Positions 1 to 11,999 of a stretch of 64,000 nt of DNA are shown piece after piece. Within the stretch, counting starts at the first letter, position 1, and each line of letters starts with the position of its first letter. The position numbers were made by a program, and so were the translations under genes. The DNA comes from Flaccisagitta enflata (taxonomy: Eukaryota). The notes below the pieces were generated by a model that was given only the letters and a program-made list of their open reading frames with translations, made no database searches and was not told the origin of the DNA. The stretch lies in assembly GCA_965153355.1 (NCBI GenBank), contig OZ231126.1:48918001-48982000 (forward strand). The letters are read 5' to 3'.

Positions 1-75
1 GGCTTTTTCGTGAAAACAAGAACAAAAAAAAAAGACATGGTTACGGATTGGGAGGCTACGGACAAAAAAATCAAG
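1..75 (+). other. Possible exon end of a gene lying mostly upstream of the window (GFFVKTRTKKKDMVTDWEATDKKIK)
   Basis: Frame 1 is open from base 1 to a consensus donor AAG|GTGAGT at 75/76; a second GTGAGT donor lies near 234. No recognisable homology. Confidence 0.25.
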
Positions 76-330
76 GTGAGTAAATCTTCCTTAATTTGTT
101 AACGCGTTTGGCACTCAATGGCGATAATATCATGCATGAGCGGACGAGAAGCTTTAAATAGAAGAGCACACAGAGCTGATTTTCCTTTTGTTTCTTCTTT
201 TTTCTTGATGATAGAGGCAGATTTGATAACAGGGTGAGTGAGACATTGTGAGTGAAATTTCAATTGATTTAAAGGAATATTTATGATAACAGGGTGTTTT
301 CATCGCATTTTTTCCAGGGAGCCTCTGATA

Positions 331-829
331 CAGTAGATCTCGTCTAGACTTGAGATAACGAGGGCAAGCATTTTGGAAAAATAAATAAAGCAAAGAGATT
401 ATTGTTTAGGTTATAAACTTATAAAAGAATGATTTATTGCTCCTGATGGTCGGTCGCTATGAGAATATATTTCCATGTATTGCCGCAAAAATAAGGAACA
501 TTATTTAAAATTAAATTTGCTACAAATTTCTCATAATATATTCTATAAAAATGTCACATATATACTTTCTCGGCTAAACAAATTATATTCTTACAGAACA
601 TATTGTTAGAGAGTTGTAGCAAATTTGATTATAAGTAATGTTTTTTCAATAAATCTCTACAAATATTATTATTATAGCAGTAATACATGGATAAGTGTTT
701 ATGTGGCAACCGACTATCATAAGGAATAAATCATTTTTTAAAAATATATTCAAAATATCAGCAATCTAGCTTAATTTGTTTTTCCATAATGTTTGCCCCC
801 GTTATCTCAAATCTAAACGAGATCTACTG
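331..829. mobile_element. Tc1/mariner(pogo)-type foldback MITE
   Basis: TIRs CAGTAGATCTCGTCTAGACTTGAGATAACG / CGTTATCTCAAATCTAAACGAGATCTACTG, TA on both flanks, imperfect inverted arms extend about 200 bp. Confidence 0.85.
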
Positions 830-888
830 TATATCTTCAAGTATTTCAATTTGTCTTTACCGGTACTCTTCAATCTGTTTAAAACTAG

Positions 889-898
<10 letters not shown>

Positions 899-926
<28 letters not shown>

Positions 927-927
927 T

Positions 928-1001
<74 letters not shown>

Positions 1002-1138
1002 TTCGTGTGTGTGTGTGTGTTTGTTCGTGTGTGTGTGTGTGTGTGTTCGTGTGTGTGTGTGTGTGTGTTCGTGTGTGTGTGTGTGTGTTAGTGTGTATGT
1101 GTGTTAGTGTGTGTGTTTGTTAGTGTGTGTGTGTGTGT

Positions 1139-1223
<85 letters not shown>

Positions 1224-1290
1224 CGTGTTTGTGTGTGTGTGTTCCTGTGTTTGTATGTCTCTCTCTCTCTCCCTATCTCTCTCTCTTTCC
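899..1290. repeat. (GT)n then (CT)n microsatellite
   Basis: Directly visible; source of the spurious CV/HT ORFs. Confidence 0.95.
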
Positions 1291-1360
1291 TGTCCCGGCA
1301 TGCGAATATGGCAGCCGGGGATCCACTCCTTTTATTCCATCTTTACATAACTAATAAGTT

Positions 1361-1705
1361 TCAACCTCTTGTCGTTTGCGTGGGGTTGACGGGCGTAGAC
1401 GGCGTTGAGGGAACGGGCGCTAATTCGCCGTCGCAGTCGACGTTAGCTGGCCAATCGCAGGTGCCGTATCTAGGGTTGGCGTATCCGGTGCCGCAGACGT
1501 ATGGGATCTTAATCTGTTGGACAGTGCCGCTGTTTAAACAAATCCAAAACAAATTGCAGAATTTCCTACTGGCGAATAGTCCATCTCTTTGGCATCGAAA
1601 ATCGTCTTTGATGGATCGTTTTGAACGAACGGCCGTTGAAGCCGCTGAACACCAACTGGCCAAAGATAGTAACAACAACGACGACGGTAGCAACCACCGC
1701 GCCAT
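1361..1705 (-). CDS. Small secreted chitin-binding protein, single peritrophin-A/ChtBD2 (CBM14) domain, 114 aa
   Basis: ATG at 1705; hydrophobic signal peptide MARWLLPSSLLLLSLASWCSA; RSKR basic site; six cysteines spaced CX11CX5CX14CX11CX7C with the typical FWIC and CDWPANVDC motifs; Pro/Thr tail; TGA at 1361-1363. Confidence 0.88.
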   Translation of the reverse strand: MARWLLPSSLLLLSLASWCSAASTAVRSKRSIKDDFRCQRDGLFASRKFCNLFWICLNSGTVQQIKIPYVCGTGYANPRYGTCDWPANVDCDGELAPVPSTPSTPVNPTQTTRG

Positions 1706-2016
1706 CTTGTAGTTTCTCACAGTTTTCACTGACGATAACGATTGATTTCTGCTTTTCTGTTTTATTTAATTTTTTTATTATTATTTTTTTTGTTTGATTT
1801 TTTCTCAGTCGTCTCCAAACCGACTGCCGCTCGTCTTTTTCGCCTATTTCACGCCTTTTGTTTCGTCCTTTGACGAACGCAGAAAATGATGACAGTCGAT
1901 GGCGGCGTTTGTTTCTAAAACTAACGAACTCTCTCTTCAGCTCGTCCTCTCGCTCCCGCTTTCTCGTTCTCTAAATTCTCGCTCCCTGTGTCGGATACCG
2001 CGTTACACTCCCCCTC

Positions 2017-2023
2017 TTTTATA
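2017..2023 (-). promoter_or_regulatory. Candidate TATA box of the chitin-binding gene
   Basis: TATAAAA on the minus strand about 310 bp upstream of the ATG, followed by G/C-rich sequence. Confidence 0.35.
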
Positions 2024-4360
2024 TTCAAATTTATGTGGAAGTGTAGGACTGACAACGACTCAACTTGATGGAGAAATCCTGAAATAATTGGGATATCAGA
2101 ACTGTCGGTTATCGACGTTTGAAAAAAAAACATGACTGTTTATACCAATAAAGGCAGCTGTCGCCGTCTTGAGAAAAATTCTCTTTATCAAAACCCCGTT
2201 CTTTTTCTCTCATTTTCATGATTAGCTATTCAAAAAAACAAAAATTTGTTCAATTACAAGCTGCTGAATTGGTGTTTTTGGAGGTAAGCTCAGTCAAATA
2301 AGTCAAAAAATTGTATCTTTTTTTATATGTTCTTGGTCTGTTTTTAAAAAGTTATTAGCTATGTGGGCAGGCCTGTAGCTTTCTTAAACCCACTGGTGCA
2401 TTCCATTTGTTGCTAGCATGCACAGATATCACCTGGGATATCTCAATGGACTAAATGGACTTGATTAACTTGATATCTCATTCTTGAGGAAAATATAAAA
2501 ACGCGAATAAACATAAGATCTTAACTTTAAAACTAATGATTGTAAAAAACTCTGGTTTGCACCATTTGAAAGAAAAAAATTGCTCTAAATCAAAAAAAGA
2601 AAACTTTATTAGCCCATGTTTCAAAAAATTACATAGTTCAGCTTTTTTTTCAATTATCTATTCTATGTTATTTAAAACTATTGCGAACAAGCACTAGTTG
2701 AACTATGTGACATGCTTATTAAAGATCAAATCATTATTTAGATAAATACCTCCTAAATTTGCGTTAAAATTTTAATCCTTTGAGTCATTAAATTCACCTC
2801 TTCACGTTGTTGATTTAAAAAATTCACTCATGCGTTTCACTCATGCATAGTTGAACTAAATGACATGCTCATACAAGATCAATTTACTATTCTGATAGAA
2901 ACCCTATCAATTCAGGATTTTGAGCAATCCAAGACTTTTTTCATTATCGACGTGAATTTTCTTCAAATACTCAACAATCCGAGTACTAATGCCAGTTTTT
3001 TTAACATGGACCCATTAGATTCGAATTCATTGAAAATATTTTTTGTGCAAATTTCACTCGAGATCTCCTAACTTAGAAATGGCGCAACTTTCTCAAGTTT
3101 TTCACAATTCATAAAAAAAATATCTTCATTCTTTCCTTCTTTAATCTACGGAGAACCAAAAGTCGAATCAAGATTCATAAAAAGTATTTTCTTGGATTAA
3201 AAGCAGCAAATAAAGCACATTTGTCCACTATTCTAGGCTGTTTACGTCCCGAAGTCAAATCAATGTCAGCCCAAACTTCCGAGCCCCAACTTCCCATTAG
3301 AAGGCTTGGGAGGACTTAACTCCATAATCAAAGACAATCATCGAGGGAAAAACACAACCGGGGGAAGCGACTGGAATTGGTCTTAGACATAGGATCATTA
3401 AATGAATCCGTGTCATGACATCAATTCTGTTTTTATTTTGAGTGAATAATGGGTGCTACGACTTTATTTGATTATTTGTACAACGGTATTATTCATCACT
3501 CATTGACTCAATGGCCTTTTAATAGCTCACTGAGCTCCTTTTCCCCGGGACGTCATTTCCCTGTAAAGGGAGTGGGATAGCGGATAGGGGGATAAGAGCA
3601 TAAGTCACAAATATTTGACAGATTCCGGGTTCGATGCAGTTTTCTTGTGAACAAAAAGACAGTCAATCGTCTTTGTATGATTATAGACTGTCCTCGTCCA
3701 TGCGAGATAAATTATGTTCGCGAAGATTACTATCCCAGGGATGTGAAGAGGGGAAAACACCTCCCACAACTGTGGGGGCCCGGGCCCTAGGGTAGCCCGG
3801 GCCAGGGCCAGGAGAAGAAAAAAGAAATAACACTGATAAATAGTCACAAAAGCATTACATGGTCAGCGGTACTCGCTGCCCCTAAGTGGATGTATATGCG
3901 AATGAGATGATGAGAGGGGCAGCGGCCCTGGAAAGGCCAATTACCTATGATTTCACATAGGACAATTTTCTTCGGTTTGAGATACTGCTTTAGGGGGCTG
4001 AGAGGCCTGATTTTTGGTCTGATTCAGGGTCTGAGAGGCGTGGTTTGAGGTCTGAGAGGCTTCATTGAGGGTCTGAAAGGCCTGATTTAGGGTCGGAGGG
4101 GTCAAATTTGGGGTCTGAGAGGTCTGATTTGGGGTCTGAAAGGCCTGATTTGGGGTCTGAGAGGCTTGTTTTGAGACTCTAAGGTGAAGGGGATAGATAC
4201 CAGAAAAAATTGCCTTATGGGGAATCATAGGTCATCGGCCCCTTTGGGGCTGCTGCCCAAAAAGTGAAAAGAGAAAAGAAAAAAAAAAGATATTTCAAGA
4301 GTTACTACTTCATTTTACTTTCAAGCTTGGGCTTCTCTCTTCTGTTTGGTTTATGAATAA

Positions 4361-4589
4361 TGTTAGTTGCGGACACACAATTTTATAAGAGGCTTTGTCC
4401 ATCCGTCCGTCCATCCGTCCGTTGGTCCGTGATGATCGAGTTGAAAAGTGTAAAAACGCGCATTTTTGTCGCTGCAGTTGTGATTGTCTGTGTGTGTGAG
4501 TGTCAGTGGGGTGGGCGAGGGTGTGGATGGGGGTTACACGCCCCTGCTCACCCGTCCGCAACGATATTATGACCCCGCGTCATTTGTTT
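4361..4589 (+). mobile_element. Helentron-associated (HINE/DINE-1-like) element, family B
   Basis: 5' TTAGTTGCGGACAC..., GTCC microsatellite, 3' subTIR GTCCGCAAC, terminal hairpin TGACCCCGCGTCA then TTGTT; similar copies at about 23976-24185, 32455-32710(-) and 35337-36158. Confidence 0.7.
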
Positions 4590-4662
4590 CTACGGTTTTG
4601 CACATCTTCTCCTGCTCAGATACACAGTCTTTCTGTTTAGCTGTTTACTGTGCTCAATGATA

Positions 4663-4838
4663 CAGTAGGACCCAACCTCATTGGTCTCATTGGGACTAAA
4701 ATTATTTCACTTTTATCTCAGGTTCACCTTTAAAGAGAGGTGCAATCAAATTAGAATTTATTATTTCGGACCTCAAACTGTTGACCTTTATTGATGGGGA
4801 ACCTTTAAAAGCGGGACTGTTATTGCGGGGTTCCACTG
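4663..4838. mobile_element. pogo/Tigger-like MITE
   Basis: CAGT..ACTG ends; an inverted second copy at 43205-43380 is flanked by TA. Confidence 0.75.
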
Positions 4839-6240
4839 TCGTTACTCTCTCTGTTATGCTTTTAATTGTGTACAAACCATCATTTTTTTCTCGGAATCTT
4901 GGAGACCAATCAAAGGAGCGGAGACAGAAAGTGTTTCTTGTGTTCCCAAGATACTTCGTGGAGATTTCAGGTGTGTTCGGCTTAATATTTACTATATCAT
5001 TTACTGTTAGAATTGTTATGCCTTAGTTAGTTAGTACTTCAGAATTTGAGAACTCGTCTGTAATTCCTTTTCCACAATCAGTCTGAAAAACGTTTCAAAA
5101 GAGCACCATCAAAAAAGCACCACTATTTCAGTTTGCAAAAAGCTGACGCTGAATCAATGCAAATTTCATGTTTGCGCTTGCTCACCGTCAACGAACCCTA
5201 AGACTTAAACCGATCCGATCTGAGACTGGTTGGATTACATGATAGATCCCTCTTTGCATTTCCTGCCTAATTTCAATAATGACTTTGATCACGATTCCTT
5301 TCATATTCACGGCAAAATGAAGACCTGGGTTAACACGAGCCTCTTTCAAAATAAATAGAACATGCCCATTACTTTTTGCTTTTTTTTTTAACTCAAACTG
5401 AGCAAGTCCACTCACTCCTTTCGGATGGTCAATTGATTCATACGAGAGACCCCGTACTATCTAGGAAGTAAATATACGGACAGCTGGAGTAAAGTTAACC
5501 TTTTTACTCACTGAATGAATTATATGATCAAATAAATCATTCTTTAGCAAATTTACGGTATTTTGATCTATTACGTGCTTCTGTTTGGATTTTCTACGGT
5601 ATCGGTCCAGGATTTTTCAACTAAAACAAGTGTGTCCCGAATTTCTCCAAAAACAACAAAAAAATCATTGAATCAGTACTGTTATCTTTTGATGTTAGAT
5701 CATTTCAGAGCAGTACGTTTAAAAGCGGCTTTCATTTTTTTCAATTTGTGAAAAACGTGAGCTAATGCAGCAAAACAGGTTGATTTTGGTCAATTCGTTT
5801 GAAATTGAGAGCTCTTTCAATTTAGATTGTCCATTCATGATTTGAACTGAAATCCTTGGGTGCTTCACATACAGTATGTTTTTTCTGAAATGACATGAAA
5901 GAAAATCTCATTTCTCTGCAATGGAACAAGATATCGAAAATCTGAAAAAAGCATTAGATAGATCTTGGTCTGCAGATTTTTTATCTTGAAAGGAATGATG
6001 CATAACTTTCAGAAAATAGGCCCCAACTTTATTTAAATCAAAACTTTCATTTCTTGGATGGCATGAATTTCCAAAAAGCATCTCTAAAACATATAATCTC
6101 AAATTCATGCTGAATCTCTATAGATCAAGCCAAAACTCTAGGAGTGATCTCGAATAAAGGAAAACTAATCATAGATACATATTCTGCCCCTTTATTGTGA
6201 CAGAATTACCAATTATAAGTTCAGGGTTACAAATTAAGCA

Positions 6241-9200
6241 TTTTTAGTCGCGTGCACGCGACTCTACAACCCGCTTTGTCCGTCGGTCGGTTGGTCGGTC
6301 GGTCGGTTGGTTGGTCACACTTTACTTTTTTTATTAATTTTATTTCTTTAAGTCATTTTTAGTCATTTTTAGTCATTCTAAGTCATTCTAAGTCATTCTA
6401 AGTCATTCTAAGTCATTTTAGGTCATTATTGTCATTTTAGTCAATATAGTCCTTTTCATCATTTTAAGTCATTCTATGTCATTTAAAGTTATTTTAAGTC
6501 ATTTAAAGTGATTTTAAGTCATTTCAAGTGATTTTAAGGCATTTTAAGTTATTCCAAGTCATTTTAAGTCATTATTGTCATTTTAGTCAATATAGTCCTT
6601 TTCATCAATTTAAGTCATTCTATGTCATTTAAAGTTATTTTAAGTTATTTCAAGTGATTTTAAGTCATTTCAAGTGATTTTAAGGCATTTTAAGTCATTC
6701 CAAGTCATTTCAAGTCATTATTGTCATTTTAGTCAATAAAATCCTCTTCATCATTTTAAGTCATTTTAAGTCATTCGAAGTCATTTTATGTCATTATAAG
6801 TCATTATACATCATTTTAAGTCATTTTTAGTCATTCTAACTCATTCTCAGTAATTTTAGTCATTTTAGTCAATTTTGTCATTTCACTTTTTATTTACATA
6901 ATTATAGGTAATTATAGGTCATTATGCAATTTTGGGAAATCATAGGTAATTATAGGTCATTAAAGGTCACTATGCAATTACAGGTAATATAGGTCATTAT
7001 AGGTAATCATAGGTCATAGTAGGTAATCATAGGTAATTTTAGGTCATTATGTAATTATAGGTAATTATAGGTAATTATAGGTCATTATAGGTAATTATAG
7101 GTTATTATGCAATTGTAGGTCATTATTGGTAATCATAGGTCAGTATGTAATCATAGGTAATTATAGGTATTCATAGGTGATTATAGGTAATTATAGGTAA
7201 TTACAGGTAATTATAGGTCATTATAAGGTCATTATAGGTTTTTTTTCGACAAATCAACATTTTCAACAATGAAATCATCACTAATGGAAAAAACAATGAC
7301 ACAACAATGGAAAAAGCCATCTTATAGTGCATGTGTAAAAGAAGCAAACAACAAAAACAACAATTATAACACCAATCCAAAGAAACATCCCTCAGTGCAG
7401 TGCCGGCAGCATGAACATTTCTACCAAACTTCTTACAAGGAATTTTAACCTTGAAACCATCGGGCAATTCAACATTAACGGCCTGTTTCTTTCAGGCCGT
7501 TGCCGGATTCAATTGCGATTGAGCTGGGCAGTGCTGAAGACATCAGGAACAGCAACAGCCACAACAAGGACATCAACAACAACCACAACAGCAACAGCGG
7601 CAACAACAACCACAACAACAACAATAACAACAACAACAAACGATCGCTTTGGCGACAATTACGGCGAAACATATGGAAACAGCAACGGCGACACCAAAAA
7701 CACCGATGATATTGGAACTTTATCAATAATGACAATGACAATGACAACAACAGCAACAAAATAGGCGATATCAACAACAACAACAATGACAACAACAATG
7801 ACAACAACAATGACAATATCATATTAAGCATTGACAACGTAGCAGCAACAGCAACAACAGCAACAGCAACAGCGGCAGCAACAGCAACAACAACAATCGC
7901 AAAAATATTCCACATGTTGGCAGTATGTTCACAAACGCCTCTACAAGGCAAAGGCACCTTGAAACCATCGGGCAATTCATCTTTTACGGCCTGTTTCTTT
8001 CAGGCCGTTGCCGGTATGTTTCTATCCATCACTGATTCTATAGGATGAACCAAACGCCACTAGACAAGGTTCTGTTGGGGTTTGTCTGCCGCTGTCTTCT
8101 TTCTATTACAGATGGGATCCATTACGTTTGAACTGGGCAGCGCTAACATCAGAAACAGCAACATAAAAAAAGGACATCAACAAAAGCATCAACGACAGCG
8201 TCAATGATGGCAACAGCCACGGCGACAGCCGCGGTGACAGCCGCAGCGACAGCTGCGGTGACAGCTGCGGCGGCAGCTGCGGCGATATTAGCGGCGACAG
8301 CTGAGGCGATGGCTGCGGCGACAGCTGCGGCGACAGCGGCGGCGACAGCGGCGGCGACAGCGGCGGCGACAGCAGCGGCGACAGCTGCAGAGTTACATGC
8401 AGCAACAACAACGGCGATAGCTGCGTTGACACCAAAAACACTGATGTCTTCAGCAACAACTCTTTCAAAAATGACAATGACAACAACAGCGACAAAATAG
8501 GCAATATCAGCAACAACGACAATGACAACGACAATGACAACATCAACTCAGTGGAGTTAGTTTGTAAATTGGAATCGATTGGGACTGGCATAATCTACAA
8601 ATCTAAGCATATCAACTTGTGAAGGCGTGAAGAAAAACAAATATTATTAATTTCGTTCAAAATTTTTGTACTGGTAGCAACCACTACTATCTTGCTAAAA
8701 CAAGATAGTAGTTATGGACTCTCCGGGGTCTGCTTTGGTTGCTATACTTTATATTATATTATTATATTATTATAGGTCATTAAAGGTCATTATTGGTAAT
8801 CATAGGTCATTATGTAATAATAGATAATCATAGGTAATTAAAGGTAATTATAGATCATTATAGGTAATTATAGGTCATTATGTAATAATAGGTAATTATA
8901 GGTCATTTTAGATAATTATAGGTAATCATAGGTCATTATGAAATTATGGGTAATCATAGGTAATCAAAGGTCATTAAAGGTAATTATAGGTCATTATGTA
9001 ATAATAGGTAATTATAGGTAATCATAGGTCATTATAGGTAATTATATGTAAATAGACAATTACAGGTAATTATAGGTCAATATTCAATTTTAGGTAATTA
9101 TAGCTAATCATAGGTAATTATAGGTAATTATAGGTCATTATGCAATTACAGTTAATTATAGGTAATCATAGGTCATTAAAGGTCATTATGTTCTTAAAGG

Positions 9201-9670
9201 TAGTTATGGGTAATCATAGGTCATAATAGGTAATTATTGGTCCATATGTAATTATAGGTAATCATAGGTCTTTATAGGTACTTATAGGTCATTATTTAAT
9301 TATGGGTAATTATAGGTAATTATAGGTAACTATAGGTAATCATAGGTCATTATAGGTAATTATAGATCATTATGTTATTATAGGTAATTGTGGGTAATTT
9401 TGGGTAATCATACCTCATTGTAGGTAATTATTGGTCCATATGTAATTATAGGTAATCACAGGTCTTTATAGGTACTTATAGGTCATTATTTGATTATGGG
9501 TAATTATAGGTAATCATATGTAATTATAGGTAATCATAGGTCATTATAGGCAATTATAGGTCAATAGGTAATTATAGTCATTATCATCATTACAGAAAAT
9601 AACATACTTAAATAATTAGGCAATTATGTAAGTAAGTCTCGCACGCGACTTATAGGTGTTGGCCTTGTTT
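6241..9670 (+). mobile_element. HINE-like element family A with internal 10-bp minisatellite arrays (copy 1, carrying a 1.5-kb insert)
   Basis: 5' TTTTTAGTCGCGTGCACGCGACT palindrome, GTCG/GTTG microsatellite, (AAGTCATTTT)n then (ATAGGTAATT)n arrays, 3' subTIR GCACGCGACT and GGCCTTGTTT end. Confidence 0.8.
7240..8768. mobile_element. Unclassified 1.5-kb insertion in the minisatellite, with an internally duplicated (AAC)/(GCGGCGACA)-rich module and a structured end
   Basis: Absent from the colinear copy at 10208-11999; flanked by ATTATAGGT on both sides; ends in stem-loops plus an ATT-rich tail. Confidence 0.6.
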
Positions 9671-10207
9671 CATAAAAACGCGAAAAAAAAACACATTTTT
9701 TGGCGTAAAATGTTGATGATAATTGAATAAATTATGTTTTCCACTCAAAATGGAGATATAGGTCAGTTTATATTGTTTACTACAGCATCTTGAATCAAAA
9801 TCAGGATCATAAATACCAAGTGGTAGTGATTTGATGAAAATTTTGCTTATAAATTTGATAATTTTTCTAAAAAACACTGACTTAGCTTATTATTATATGA
9901 TGGTAACACCATTTCATGACAAACCATATGAAAATAACATGAAAAATCTGCAGACCAAGATCTATTTGGTGTTTTTTTTGGATTTTGAATATCTTGCTCC
10001 ATTGCCGAGTAATGAGATTTTCTTTCGTGTCAATTCAGAAAAAACATACTGTAGCAAAAGTTGGGAGTATCCCTTATTTAGGTAATGTGGAGAAATAAAA
10101 ATCATAAAGATGACTATTTTCCTTTTTTCAAAATTCCTTCATCTCCCGTTTTTGTTTTGGCCTTAAAATTCTCACAAATTTCCCAGAATCCAGCAGAATC
10201 CTGTGTA

Positions 10208-11999
10208 TTTTTAGTCGCGTGCACGCGACTCTACAACCCGCTTTGTCCGTCGGTCGGTTGGTCGGTCGGTCGGTTGGTCGGTCGGTCGGTCGGTCACACT
10301 TTACTTTTTTTATCAATTTTATTTCTTTAAGTCATTTTTAGTCATTCTAAGTCATTCTAAGTCATTCTAAGTCATTCTAAGTCATTCTAAGTCATTCTAA
10401 GTCATTCTAAGTCATTTTAAGTCATTCTAAGTCATTATTGTCATTTTAGTCAATATAGTCCTTTTCATCATTTTAAGTCATTCTAAGTCATTTTAAGTTA
10501 TTTTAAGTAATTTCAAGTGATTCTGAGTCGTTTCAAATGATTTTAAGGCATATTAAGTCATTCCAAGTCATTTTAAGTAATTATTGTCATTTTTGTCAAT
10601 ATAATCCTTTTCATCATTTTAAGTCATTTTAAGTCATTTTAAGTCAGGTTATGTCATTATAAGTCATTACAAGTCATTATACGTCATTTTAAGTCATTTT
10701 AAGTCATTCTAAGTCATTTTTAGTCATTCTTAGTCATTCTTGGTCGTTTTAGTCAATATTGTCATTTCACTTTTTATTTACATAATTATAGGTAATTATA
10801 GGTCATTATGCAATAATAGGTAATCATAGGTCATTATAGGTAATCATAGGTCGTTGTAGGTAATCATAGGTCATTGTGTAATTATAGGTATTTATAGGTC
10901 ATTATAGTTGATTATAGGTTATTATGCAATTATAGGTCATTATTGGTAATTAGAGGTCAGTATGTAATCATAGATGATAATTGTAATTATAGGTAATTAT
11001 AGGTAATTATAGGTAATAACAGGTAATTATAGGTCATTATGTAATTATAGGTCACAAGAGGTAATTATAGGTCATTATAGGTCATTATGCAACTATAGGT
11101 CATTATTGTTAATTATAGGTCATTATGTAATTATAGATAATTATAGGTAATAAAAGGTAATTATAGATCATTATAGATAGTTATAGGTCATTATGTAATT
11201 ATAGGTCATTATAGGTCATTATAGATAATTATCGGTAAAAATAGGTCAGTATGAAATTAAAGGTAATTATAGGTAATCAAAGGTCATTAAAGGTAATTAT
11301 AGGTCATTACGTAATTATAGGTAATTATAGGTAATCATAGGTCATTATAGGTAATTTTACATCAATAAGCAATTATAGGTAATTATAGGTCATTATTCAA
11401 TTATAGGTATTTATAGTTAATCATAAGTAATTATAGGTAATTATAGGTCATTATGCAATTATAGGTAATTATGGGTAATCATAGGTCATTTTAGGTAATT
11501 ATAGGTCATTATGCAATTATAGGTAATTATGGGTAATCATAGGTCATTATAGGTAATTATTGGTACATATGTAATTATAGGTAATCATAGGTCTTTATAG
11601 GTTCTTATAGGTCATCATTTAATTATGAGTATTTATAGGTAAATATTGGTAAGTATAGGTAATCATAGGTCATTATAGGTAATTATAGGTCATTATGTTA
11701 TTTTAGGTAATTGTGTGTAATCATGGGTAATCATACGTCATTATAGGTAATCATTGGTCCATATGTAATTATAGGTAATCATAGGTCTTTATAGGTACTT
11801 ATAGGTCATTATTTGATTATGGGTAATATAGGTAATTATAATTATAGGTAATTATAACTATAGGTAATCATAGGTAATTATAGGCATTTACAGGTCAATA
11901 GGTAATTATAGTCATTATCGTCATTACAGGAAATAACGCACTTATATGATTAGGCGATTATGTAAGTCTCGCATGCGACTAAAAGGTGTTGGCCTTGTT
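10208..11999 (+). mobile_element. HINE-like element family A with minisatellite arrays (copy 2)
   Basis: Same termini and same order of arrays as 6241-9670. Confidence 0.8.
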
